32,000 bases of DNA from Nitrososphaerota archaeon (GTDB lineage: Archaea > Thermoproteota > Nitrososphaeria > Nitrososphaerales > Nitrosopumilaceae). The position numbers were made by a program, and so were the translations under genes. Under the pieces are notes generated by a model that was not told the origin of the DNA, searched no databases, and worked only from the letters and a program-made list of their open reading frames with translations. Shown here piece after piece: positions 15,761 to 23,838 of the stretch. How positions within the stretch are numbered: the stretch's first letter is position 1; each line of letters opens with the position of its first letter. Location of the stretch: contig JACZTB010000005.1 in assembly GCA_022573895.1 (NCBI GenBank), positions 15,909-47,908 on the forward strand. Reading direction: 5' to 3'.

Positions 15761-16814
15761 ATCAAGAGTAGATCCAAAAATAATTGAAGAGATTTTAAAA
15801 TTCACTAAAAATGTTATTGAAGCTCCAAATTTAGTTGCTGCACCTGATGAAATTAGTTTAGAAGTGACACCACATGACGTTGTGCAAAAAATGGATAAAA
15901 CAAGATTGTTACACTACAAACCCCTTACAGAAAAACAACATAAAACACCATTGTTAATTGTATATGCATTAATTAACAGATATCACATACTTGATATACA
16001 TCCAGAAAAAAGTTGGGTTAAAAATCTTCTTCAGCAAGGATTTGATGTATACATGCTAGACTGGGGGACACCAACTAGTATGGACAAATACCTTGATTTT
16101 GATGATTATGTAAATGGCTATTTAGATTCGTATGTAGAATATATTAAAAATGAATCATCCGTTGAAAAAATTTCATTACAAGGATATTGCACGGGTGGAA
16201 CTATAGCAACTGCATATATCACATTGCATCCAGAAAGTGTAAAAAATTATGTCGCAACAGCTCCAGTCATTGATGGATGGCGCGATACTACAGTGATTAG
16301 CAATCTTGCAAAACATATGGATGTAGACAAAATGGTAGATATCGTAGGAAATATGCCTCCTGAATTCATGTATTACTGTTTTTCAGTCCTTAAACCATTT
16401 GAGCAAGGAATTGAAAAATATGTCAAATTTTTCAAAAATATAGATAACAAAAAATATGTAGATAGTTTCCTCAGAGTTGAAAAATGGTTATCAGACACGC
16501 CTCCAATTCCAGGAGCGTTGTTCAGACAGTGGATTAAAGACATCTACCAAGATAACTTGTTAATTCAAAACAAGATGTACGTAGGCGGAAAACACATAGA
16601 TTTGAAAAAAATTGATATGCCACTTTTTACACAAGTTGCAGTAGGAGATCATTTGGTATCACCTGAATGTAGTATGCCACTTCATTATGCAGTAGGTAGT
16701 GAAGATAAAACATTGAGAATGTATCCAACAGGACATGTTGGAATGATTGCAAGTTCATTATCGCAAAAGACAGTATTACCTGAGCTGGGAAAATGGCTAG
16801 CTAAAAGATCATAA
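15750..16814 (+). CDS. phaC: poly(3-hydroxyalkanoate) synthase, class III catalytic subunit PhaC
   Basis: 354 aa with alpha/beta-hydrolase fold and the lipase-box-like GYCTGG (Cys147, nt 16188-16190). Asp300 (VGDHLV) and His329 (TGHVGM) complete a Cys-Asp-His triad at class III spacing. Confidence 0.9.
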   Translation: MQSESRVDPKIIEEILKFTKNVIEAPNLVAAPDEISLEVTPHDVVQKMDKTRLLHYKPLTEKQHKTPLLIVYALINRYHILDIHPEKSWVKNLLQQGFDVYMLDWGTPTSMDKYLDFDDYVNGYLDSYVEYIKNESSVEKISLQGYCTGGTIATAYITLHPESVKNYVATAPVIDGWRDTTVISNLAKHMDVDKMVDIVGNMPPEFMYYCFSVLKPFEQGIEKYVKFFKNIDNKKYVDSFLRVEKWLSDTPPIPGALFRQWIKDIYQDNLLIQNKMYVGGKHIDLKKIDMPLFTQVAVGDHLVSPECSMPLHYAVGSEDKTLRMYPTGHVGMIASSLSQKTVLPELGKWLAKRS

Positions 16815-16823
16815 AATAAATTT

Positions 16824-16847
16824 AAAAAAAAGAAAAAAGAAAAAAAT
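16824..16847 (-). terminator. oligo-T terminator for the minus-strand phaR/phaP-like unit
   Basis: The plus strand reads aaaaaaaagaaaaaagaaaaaaa. The minus-strand transcript therefore carries T7-8 tracts starting 7 nt after the stop at 16854-16856. Oligo-T tracts are the usual archaeal termination signal. Confidence 0.45.
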
Positions 16848-16853
16848 TTACCA

Positions 16854-17279
16854 CTAGTTATTCTTTGTGGTGAATGCAGAAATCCAAGATTGTAGAATGT
16901 TTCTGTTTAGGTCAGCAAATGACTTTGCGTTATCGTTGAATGTTTTGATATTTTGTTGTGTTGCATCGATAGTTGCAAGTACCACTTGATTTTGAATTGA
17001 AGTTGCCTTTACAAATTCTTCTGTTGTATCATGAATTACTTTAAGAGTTGCCTCTGGAATGTTAGTTGCAATACCTGCTTTCTTTGCATATTCTCTTTGT
17101 AGTGTGATAGTTGAATCTACTATGTTTTCATATGCTTGTAGGTATTCCTGTTGTACATTAGTAATTGATTGATGATATTGTGGTACTGATTGTTTAATAC
17201 CATTGAAGAGTTTGTCTACGTTTTGTTGATATACAGAAAATACATCTTTTGGATTTCGTGTTGTTGTTTCGTTACTCAT
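16854..17279 (-). CDS. phasin-like (PhaP-like) helical protein
   Basis: 141 aa, Q/N/T-rich and predicted all-helical. Its ATG overlaps the stop of the AbrB-type gene (ATGA). It is preceded by GGAGGTG plus a 5-nt spacer, complementary to the 16S 3' end in this window. The function is inferred from synteny with phaEC. Confidence 0.45.
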   Translation of the reverse strand: MSNETTTRNPKDVFSVYQQNVDKLFNGIKQSVPQYHQSITNVQQEYLQAYENIVDSTITLQREYAKKAGIATNIPEATLKVIHDTTEEFVKATSIQNQVVLATIDATQQNIKTFNDNAKSFADLNRNILQSWISAFTTKNN

Positions 17280-17701
17280 TGTTTCACCTCCTTATTTTTT
17301 GATTTTTTTGCTATTGGCATGATAATGATTTGAACCAAGTCACCTTCTCCCAAGCCAAGCGCATTACGTTCAGCTTCAGGGATTGAGATTCTTCCATTAC
17401 TACTAATAGTAGTTTTGTAAGCACCCCAATTCGCGAAGGAAGGAAGCATTTGTCCGATGTTAAACATTGTATCCATACTTTTACTTTGCATTGATGACAT
17501 GCTTTGCATCAGATTAGATTGAGCTTGTCTTGTACTATCAGAAACTTCTCTTAGTGTGTCTAAGGGATTAAATGTTTGACTAGTCTGATTTGTCATCAAA
17601 GAGCCAAAATTTTTTATAAATTCTGCTTGAGCACGTCCACTTTTTTGGATCCAGTCTTTGAACATTTCTGTTGGATCATATTGGTAATTATTACCACTCA
17701 T
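17276..17701 (-). CDS. AbrB/SpoVT-domain protein, PhaR-like regulator candidate
   Basis: C-terminal NGRISIPEAERNALGLGEGDLVQIIIMP matches the SpoVT/AbrB swapped-hairpin DNA-binding pattern. It is adjacent and convergent to phaEC. TATA-like ATTTAAATA (17725-17733) lies ~28 nt upstream of the ATG. Confidence 0.6.
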   Translation of the reverse strand: MSGNNYQYDPTEMFKDWIQKSGRAQAEFIKNFGSLMTNQTSQTFNPLDTLREVSDSTRQAQSNLMQSMSSMQSKSMDTMFNIGQMLPSFANWGAYKTTISSNGRISIPEAERNALGLGEGDLVQIIIMPIAKKSKNKEVKQ

Positions 17702-17737
17702 TGGTAATGAATGGAATTAAGTGGTATTTAAATGCAT

Positions 17738-18553
17738 CTAATGGTCATTCAAAAACTCTAGAACTTTGGAGGCAAAAGCAAATGGATACTGAACATATGG
17801 AGTATGACCACATCCATCCATTCTAAAAAATCGACAATCTTGAATTGTTGAAACAAAATGGTCTGCATATTGAATTGGGATAACAGGATCATTGGCACCC
17901 CAAATTATCATAGTAGGGATAGAGATTGTTTGAAGTTTAGATGTAATTAATTTTGAATTTTTTGTTCCTAGTAATGAAGACATGAAAGCAAGTTTTGCAT
18001 TAGGTAATTGCATTCTTTCTACAAATCCATTAACAATTTTTTCATGAGTATTATGTCCAGAACCTTCCATCAGTTCAAATGCATTTTTTGCACTTTGTTC
18101 ATTTGGATATAATGCGGCCATAATATATGCATCAAGAGCAGGAGTAGATTTTTCCATATTTCCAGATGGAGACACTAGAACAAGTTTTTCAATTTCTTGA
18201 GGATGAGAAGCAGCATATTCAACAGCTATTTGTCCACCTAATGAAGAACCAATCAGATTGGGTCGTTTAATATCAGCTGCGATAAAAAATTTTTTGAGAA
18301 ACTCTGAAAAGAATTCCGTGGTGTAATCTACAAGAGGTTTATCACTATAACCAAACCCTATAAGATCAGGAACCACAACACGGTAATCATCTGAAAAAAG
18401 AGGAATTACTTGATCCCATCTTTCAGCGGAGGCCCCCAATCCATGAATAAGTACAAGTATTTTTTTAGAATTGCCAGATTCTAGATAACGAATCCTGCTT
18501 CCATCAATCTGAAGGAATTTTTCTTCCACCATTTTATCGTCAATTATTATCAC
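17738..18553 (-). CDS. alpha/beta-fold hydrolase (esterase, lipase or depolymerase-like)
   Basis: HGLGAS oxyanion region, nucleophile elbow GSSLGG (GxSxG) and a C-terminal GCGHTPY histidine motif. 271 aa. Confidence 0.85.
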   Translation of the reverse strand: MIIIDDKMVEEKFLQIDGSRIRYLESGNSKKILVLIHGLGASAERWDQVIPLFSDDYRVVVPDLIGFGYSDKPLVDYTTEFFSEFLKKFFIAADIKRPNLIGSSLGGQIAVEYAASHPQEIEKLVLVSPSGNMEKSTPALDAYIMAALYPNEQSAKNAFELMEGSGHNTHEKIVNGFVERMQLPNAKLAFMSSLLGTKNSKLITSKLQTISIPTMIIWGANDPVIPIQYADHFVSTIQDCRFFRMDGCGHTPYVQYPFAFASKVLEFLNDH

Positions 18554-18623
18554 TAGATAAGTTTTAGTAAATTAGCGATCATAGTCATTTATGATTTTTT
18601 GAGATCAAAATTATTAAAATAAT

Positions 18624-19079
18624 TTATGATAATCCATGTTTCTTGAAATATTTTTGATGATATTCTTCTGCTTCATAGAATGTAGGAGTAGGGACAATTT
18701 CAGTAACAATAGGATTTTCATATTGTCCAGATTTTTCAAGTGTTTGCTTTGATTTTTCAGCAATCTCTTTTTGTTCATCATTGTGGTAAAAAATTGCTGA
18801 GCGATATTGAATTCCCACATCAGGTCCCTGACGGTTCAATGTTGTGGGATTGTGATTATTCCAAAATACATCAATAAGTTCTTCATAAGATATTTCATTA
18901 GGATCATATTCTACTTCTACAGCTTCGGCATGTCCTGTTTTGTCAGTACATACTTCCTCATATGTTGGATTTGGTAATTGTCCACCAATATATCCCACTT
19001 TAGTAGATTTGACACCTTTAGTTTTACTAAGCATATCTTCAACATGCCAAAAACATCCTGCACCAAATGTTGCCTTCAA
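18624..19079 (-). CDS. msrA: peptide methionine-S-sulfoxide reductase
   Basis: The active-site motif GAGCFWHVE is at the N-terminus, and GYIGG and GHAEAV blocks are present. 151 aa. Confidence 0.95.
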   Translation of the reverse strand: MKATFGAGCFWHVEDMLSKTKGVKSTKVGYIGGQLPNPTYEEVCTDKTGHAEAVEVEYDPNEISYEELIDVFWNNHNPTTLNRQGPDVGIQYRSAIFYHNDEQKEIAEKSKQTLEKSGQYENPIVTEIVPTPTFYEAEEYHQKYFKKHGLS

Positions 19080-19178
19080 TTCAATTAATGTGAATGGATA
19101 TAGGTTAAAACTATTTGTTAATATTAAAAACTAATTTTGAGGATAATTAAAGAATTCGTCAGATTTGGTCAACTAGAT

Positions 19179-19562
19179 TTAATTGACATCAGTAAATATT
19201 TCAATAACTTTTTTGGCCAAGATTTCAATGTTAACAGTAGGTTCTGCAGATATTAGCAATAGAATTTGCGTGATAGGAAATGGAAAACTTACTAAAACAG
19301 CTTTGTCTCGTCGGGCAGCAATATAGTTAATTGGTCCTAAGCTCTCATCAAATTCTTTTCGAATAGAGGCTTTTGAAACAAACTCAAAAAATGACTTTAG
19401 TTTAGTCTCATCGCGTTCATGAGGAGTAATTCCTTCCTTAAAGCCACCTGCTATGAGTTTACCATCCTTGTCAACAATTCCTGCAAATCTAATCTCAGAT
19501 TCTCTAAGTAGTTGATTACATTTTTTGCCAAACAATTCCAAAGTGAGATCTGGATTTGACAT
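19179..19562 (-). CDS. Roadblock/LC7-like small protein (paralogue 2)
   Basis: 127 aa. Shares IRFAGIVDKDGKLIAGGFKEG, RKEFDESLG, RRDK, SFPF and LLLISAE with the ORF at 14736-15128. Confidence 0.5.
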   Translation of the reverse strand: MSNPDLTLELFGKKCNQLLRESEIRFAGIVDKDGKLIAGGFKEGITPHERDETKLKSFFEFVSKASIRKEFDESLGPINYIAARRDKAVLVSFPFPITQILLLISAEPTVNIEILAKKVIEIFTDVN

Positions 19563-19713
19563 AATAAACTTGGTCAGAATATCAAAAATAAAAACCTAGC
19601 CAATTTCAATGCGGAATTATGGAACAGTTTTTAGACATAGAATTCCAAATTGGCCATTATGTTAAAGAAATTTTCACACGGAACTAATAAGTTAAAACTA
19701 CAGATAGATATTA

Positions 19714-20811
19714 TTGAAAATAACATTTATTGGAATTATAGTAATTATATTAATTCTAAATTTTAGTATTCAAAATGTTTCAGGTCACCAACCAGATTTT
19801 AAAGTAATCACATCAGAAGATATTTTGAAATTTTGTGAGTTTTTTTATGAAGAATATAAGTTACTAGGACAAAACACATTAGCTAATCAGCACCAAAATT
19901 TTCCCAATCTTAGAGCATGTGAAATTTTGTATAATCATGTTGCGTGGAACAGCACACATCAATTAAGAGATAAGGTATTGATTATAGAAATTGAGAAATA
20001 TCTAGGAACTTCGGATTACACCAAAGAAAGACATCTTAAAGAATTCACTATAATGCCAGATTGGATTAAAAAAGATGTAAAATTGTGGGTTGATGGAAAT
20101 AATAAAGATAGTCAATATGCATATGGAATAAGAGCAATGCTACAAAACAATATTCTTTCACTACCAATAATTGACAATATCAGCAATAGAGTTTGCAATG
20201 AAGATGGCTTGTGTATGAAAGAAACAGATTTTGTAATTTATTCACTTACTAGTAAATTTGGACAAACTACTACTGAAGAATTTCAAATTAAAAAAATTGA
20301 TTCAAAGGGAATTTTGATAGATGTCAGGAAAATTTCAGCAGAAAAGATAGAAACTGATCAATTTTATCTTGATGAAAATACAAAAATTCCTGTTAAAGAA
20401 ATATGTTGCAAAACTGTAAAGTTTTTTTACAAAACTCCAATCATAGTTGGCCAAACAATTGAAGACGATTATAAAATAATTGGAACGACAGATTTCCCAA
20501 TAGGAGATTTAGTCAGAGTGGGATTAATTGCACAAAATCCGGATAAAACTAAATTATTAATTATTGATAAAGAAACAGGACTTTTACTTTCTGAGAAATT
20601 TGAAAAGATAGAAATTACCACAAATTGGGAAAAAGCATTATTGATTAAAACCAATGTGTTTCAGGATTCAGTAGGAATTCAATCAGATGACTTGAAGATT
20701 CCAAAATGGTGGAAAACAAGTTCAATGTGGTTTACAGAAGGCTTGACTTCAGAATTAGAGTACATTAATGCAATGGAATACCTAATTAGTGAAAAAATCA
20801 TCATAGTTTAG
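19714..20811 (+). CDS. secreted or membrane-anchored protein carrying two copies of the Trp-rich module
   Basis: N-terminal hydrophobic signal or anchor (ITFIGIIVIILILNFSIQNVSG). Modules are at nt ~20053-20166 (MPDWIKKDVKLWVDGNNKDSQY...) and 20698-20808 (IPKWWKTSSMWFTEGLTSELEYINAMEYLISEKIIIV, at the extreme C-terminus). TTG is the only plausible start, because an in-frame TAG lies at 19705-19707. Confidence 0.6.
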   Translation: MKITFIGIIVIILILNFSIQNVSGHQPDFKVITSEDILKFCEFFYEEYKLLGQNTLANQHQNFPNLRACEILYNHVAWNSTHQLRDKVLIIEIEKYLGTSDYTKERHLKEFTIMPDWIKKDVKLWVDGNNKDSQYAYGIRAMLQNNILSLPIIDNISNRVCNEDGLCMKETDFVIYSLTSKFGQTTTEEFQIKKIDSKGILIDVRKISAEKIETDQFYLDENTKIPVKEICCKTVKFFYKTPIIVGQTIEDDYKIIGTTDFPIGDLVRVGLIAQNPDKTKLLIIDKETGLLLSEKFEKIEITTNWEKALLIKTNVFQDSVGIQSDDLKIPKWWKTSSMWFTEGLTSELEYINAMEYLISEKIIIV

Positions 20812-21646
20812 ACTTCAATATACATTTCAGAATCACATAATCAATTATTTTTTGTTCTGATGCTTTTTTCATTTTAAGAATTGATTTGTAAAGAATTTTT
20901 TCAACATATCCGGGATATTTTTCTAAAATAGATTTTTTTATGATAGTTCTGTGTTCAATATAATAATTTGCTAAAGGTTCATAGACAAATTTACCGATTA
21001 GTTTTTCTTCAGAAATGGTAAATCCTCCAGATTCAACCAATTCTTTGATAGTATCAAATTCATAATGTTCTGAAGACCAAGTAAATTTTAAAAGTCCTAA
21101 TTTTCCAATAGAATAACTACCAGTAATTATAGGAATAGCCATTACAAGCAATCCAGACTTTGTCAAGATTCTTTTTGATTCTGAGATAAAATTTGATAAA
21201 GGTTTGAAGTGGTGAGCGGATTCCAATGCCAAGACTCGATCAACAGAATCGCTAGCAAAAGGGAGTTTTGTAGAGGTAGAATTTATGAAATCCATATTTT
21301 TTTCTTTTCCAGAAAAAACTAATTGTTTAAAATTGATATTCACACAATACAGATGAAGATTAGAAAAATTATCTCTCCATAATTTAGATGGAGCTGATAA
21401 CCCGCTTCCTACATCAACAGCATTTTTTCCAGAAGATAGTTCTGCTAAATTTCCAAAAATTGTGCATAGATTATTTTGAGCCGAAATTGGATCTGTATGT
21501 TGTGGAGACCAACAACCAAAATTAAGCATGGATCCACCTGTAGCAAGTTGCATTATAGGAGAAAGAGCGGTGTATAGTTTCACAATATCTTTTTCATTTC
21601 TACGAAATGTCCAGAAAAATACATCGAGGAGATTTATAGGTATCAA
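20801..21646 (-). CDS. class I SAM-dependent methyltransferase
   Basis: Motif I VDVGSGLSAPS, and a post-I acidic residue context. The N-terminal LY.....GGSMLNFGCW is reminiscent of small-molecule methyltransferases. The listed start is TTG, so the start is uncertain. Confidence 0.7.
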   Translation of the reverse strand: MIPINLLDVFFWTFRRNEKDIVKLYTALSPIMQLATGGSMLNFGCWSPQHTDPISAQNNLCTIFGNLAELSSGKNAVDVGSGLSAPSKLWRDNFSNLHLYCVNINFKQLVFSGKEKNMDFINSTSTKLPFASDSVDRVLALESAHHFKPLSNFISESKRILTKSGLLVMAIPIITGSYSIGKLGLLKFTWSSEHYEFDTIKELVESGGFTISEEKLIGKFVYEPLANYYIEHRTIIKKSILEKYPGYVEKILYKSILKMKKASEQKIIDYVILKCILKSKL

Positions 21647-21686
21647 AATAATTTCAAATTTATTTGAAAGGATAGACTATTAATTT

Positions 21687-21818
21687 CTAGGGTAATTCTT
21701 CTGAATCTTCAGCACAATGCTTATGAACCCATTTTTCATCTTTGTTTTTTATAATCTCTTTTCCAGGTTGAATCTTATCGCCACAAGATACACAAGATGT
21801 CCCAAATTTTGCTTTCAT
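21687..21818 (-). CDS. 43-aa zinc-finger-like protein (not in the supplied ORF track)
   Basis: My own translation of the minus strand gives MKAKFGTSCVSCGDKIQPGKEIIKNKDEKWVHKHCAEDSEELP, then stop. It has a C-x2-C-x19-H-x2-C ligand pattern. The ORF sits in an otherwise unassigned 269-nt gap, with an A/T-rich element ~27 nt upstream. Confidence 0.45.
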   Translation of the reverse strand: MKAKFGTSCVSCGDKIQPGKEIIKNKDEKWVHKHCAEDSEELP

Positions 21819-21915
21819 ACATTTTCATTCTAATGCACAAATAAATTAGCTATGTTGTAATTAGTGTTAACTATTGATCAACACATTTTATTAATTTGAA
21901 ATAATTAACTATTTT

Positions 21916-22395
21916 ATGAGTGATTCAGGCATATCTTCAAAAATAATTATTGCAAAATGGACAGATAGGTTTCTTGCTTGGTTGATCGATTTCATTATTG
22001 TTTCAATTATTTCAACATCAATAATTCTTGCATCATTTGGAACAATAGATTATGAATTTGAAGAAGATATTTTTTGGGTAGAAAGTACACAATACATTCC
22101 AACTAGTATCTTGTTCTTTGTTTATTGGACAATTTTAGAGTACAAAACAGGTCAAACAATTGGGAAAAAAATTCTTAATTTGAAAGTAGTCAACATCTAT
22201 GGAAAAAAACCAGATTTGAAAGGAATTATGATAAGTAGTTTTGGAAAATCATTTCTATTACCAATAGACATAGTCTTAGGATGGTTTTTGACAAACGAAA
22301 AGCGCCAGAGAGTTTTCAACAAATTAGGAGATACGTTAATTGTGAAAATTAAAGAGGCAGATGATATTTCAGATATTAGATATACTAAGGACTGA
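21916..22395 (+). CDS. RDD-family integral membrane protein
   Basis: RFLAWLIDFIIVSII starts the RDD pattern. There are 3 hydrophobic helices, and a conserved R...D (KRQRVFNKLGDTLIV) near the C-terminus. Confidence 0.7.
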   Translation: MSDSGISSKIIIAKWTDRFLAWLIDFIIVSIISTSIILASFGTIDYEFEEDIFWVESTQYIPTSILFFVYWTILEYKTGQTIGKKILNLKVVNIYGKKPDLKGIMISSFGKSFLLPIDIVLGWFLTNEKRQRVFNKLGDTLIVKIKEADDISDIRYTKD

Positions 22396-22571
22396 ATTTT
22401 GTCAGGTTTTCTTGAACAATTACTTTGAAGAATTAACCAATAGATCTATTAACAACTTGAGATCTTGTTGTTTAATGTCTGAGAACAAAAAAGAATGGTG
22501 GGAGGGGCTACCAAAAGAACTTCAAAAGGATATAGAACTAGAAGAATAAAATCAAAAAAACTTTGAATACA

Positions 22572-23696
22572 CTAGAGAGGCAATTTTATGGTAAAAGTGG
22601 TTGGTTTGTTACGTACTGAGATACTTCCGCCATGTTGCTCTACAATGCTTTTACAAATGACTAATCCTAATCCAGTTCCAGTCTTTTTTGTGGTAAACAT
22701 TGGCTCAAAAATTTTCTCTAAATTCTCTTCAGGTATTCCAGAACCAGAATCCCTTACGCAAATAGTCACAAACTTAGAATCTGAAGATATAGTCACATCA
22801 ATTTCACCTTGCTCATCTAATGCCTGAACAGCATTATTGAGTAAATTGGACATTACACCCTCTATCTTTCGTGAGTCACATCTTAAAGAGACATCATTTT
22901 CAGGTAAATTAATTTCAATCCCATAAGACGATTTTACATGATTTATTGATAAACGTAAAATGCTCAATAATGATGATTTTTTCTTTTTTATTTCAGTTGT
23001 TCTTGCAAAATCTAGAACGTCTTCAATAATCCTATTCATATCAAAAATAGAATTTTGTAATCGAAGCCATTTTTCTTTATCTTTTGAATCAAGTTTTGAA
23101 AGGATTTCAGGAGTTAACATTTCAGCATAGGTATACATGATAGTCAAAGGTTGTTTCAAATCATGCGCAATTCGGCTCGCCATTGTGCCAATTGTTGCCA
23201 ATCGTTCAGATTTTACTAACTCGGCACTTTTACTTTCAACTTCAGAAAGCAAAGTTTTATTTTGTTTGATTAGTTGCTCTTCCATTTTGATTAGTCGTTC
23301 TTGAATTTCTTTTTCTTTTGTAATATTTGTTGTAACAGAAACGTAATTTGTGATATTTTTTTCAGAATCCATAATTGGAATAATTATTGTTTTTACCCAA
23401 TAAAATATACCATCTTTTTTGCGATTCTTTATTTCACCATCCCATACATTGCCATTTGATATAGTATCCCATAATTCAGTAAAAAATTTTGGAGGGTGTT
23501 CATCAGATTTTAAAATTTTGTGATTTTGTCCAATTAATTCTTCTTCAGAATATTTTGAGATCCTACAGAATTTTTTGTTAACATATACAATATCTCCTGT
23601 TTCGTCAGTCACAGATACAATAGAATGATCAAAGAGAAGTTCTTCAAATTCAGATATATCTAAATTTAATTTTTTTAATAATGATGCTGTTCTCAT
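22572..23696 (-). CDS. cytoplasmic PAS-domain sensor histidine kinase
   Basis: PAS (VTDETGDIVYVNKKFCRISKYSEEELIGQNHKIL), a coiled-coil linker, H-box IAHDLKQPL, N-box LLNNAVQA, and G-boxes DSGSGI and GTGLGL. There is no TM segment. TATA-like GTATTATATC (23719-23728) lies ~28 nt upstream. Confidence 0.9.
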   Translation of the reverse strand: MRTASLLKKLNLDISEFEELLFDHSIVSVTDETGDIVYVNKKFCRISKYSEEELIGQNHKILKSDEHPPKFFTELWDTISNGNVWDGEIKNRKKDGIFYWVKTIIIPIMDSEKNITNYVSVTTNITKEKEIQERLIKMEEQLIKQNKTLLSEVESKSAELVKSERLATIGTMASRIAHDLKQPLTIMYTYAEMLTPEILSKLDSKDKEKWLRLQNSIFDMNRIIEDVLDFARTTEIKKKKSSLLSILRLSINHVKSSYGIEINLPENDVSLRCDSRKIEGVMSNLLNNAVQALDEQGEIDVTISSDSKFVTICVRDSGSGIPEENLEKIFEPMFTTKKTGTGLGLVICKSIVEQHGGSISVRNKPTTFTIKLPL

Positions 23697-23797
23697 AGTA
23701 ACATAATAGTACTCATTTGATATAATACAAGCGGTTGTATGTTATTTTGGATAAGAGGGTAAATAGTCATAGTGTACATTATGGGATTTTGAATCAC

Positions 23798-23838
23798 AAA
23801 AAATGCATAGCATTCGCTAGGCTGATTAAAAATAAAAT
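23798..23838 (-). terminator. T-tracts downstream of 23S rRNA (candidate rRNA operon terminator)
   Basis: The minus-strand transcript carries ATTTTATTTTTAA (23826-23838) and TTTTTT (23798-23803), within 110 nt of the 23S processing stem. Confidence 0.35.

Noticed and set aside
16811-16853. A-rich low-complexity tract considered as a repeat or insertion scar
   Set aside because: It has no flanking direct repeats or mobile-element genes. It lies in a convergent spacer and gives oligo-T on the minus-strand transcript, so it is best read as a terminator.
22361-22549. 62-aa ORF overlapping the 3' end of the RDD gene and filling the convergent spacer
   Set aside because: It starts inside the RDD gene in another frame, has no promoter or SD signal, and has odd composition. 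The spacer more likely holds 3' UTRs and a small hairpin (AACAAC-ttgagatctt-GTTGTT near 22452-22473).
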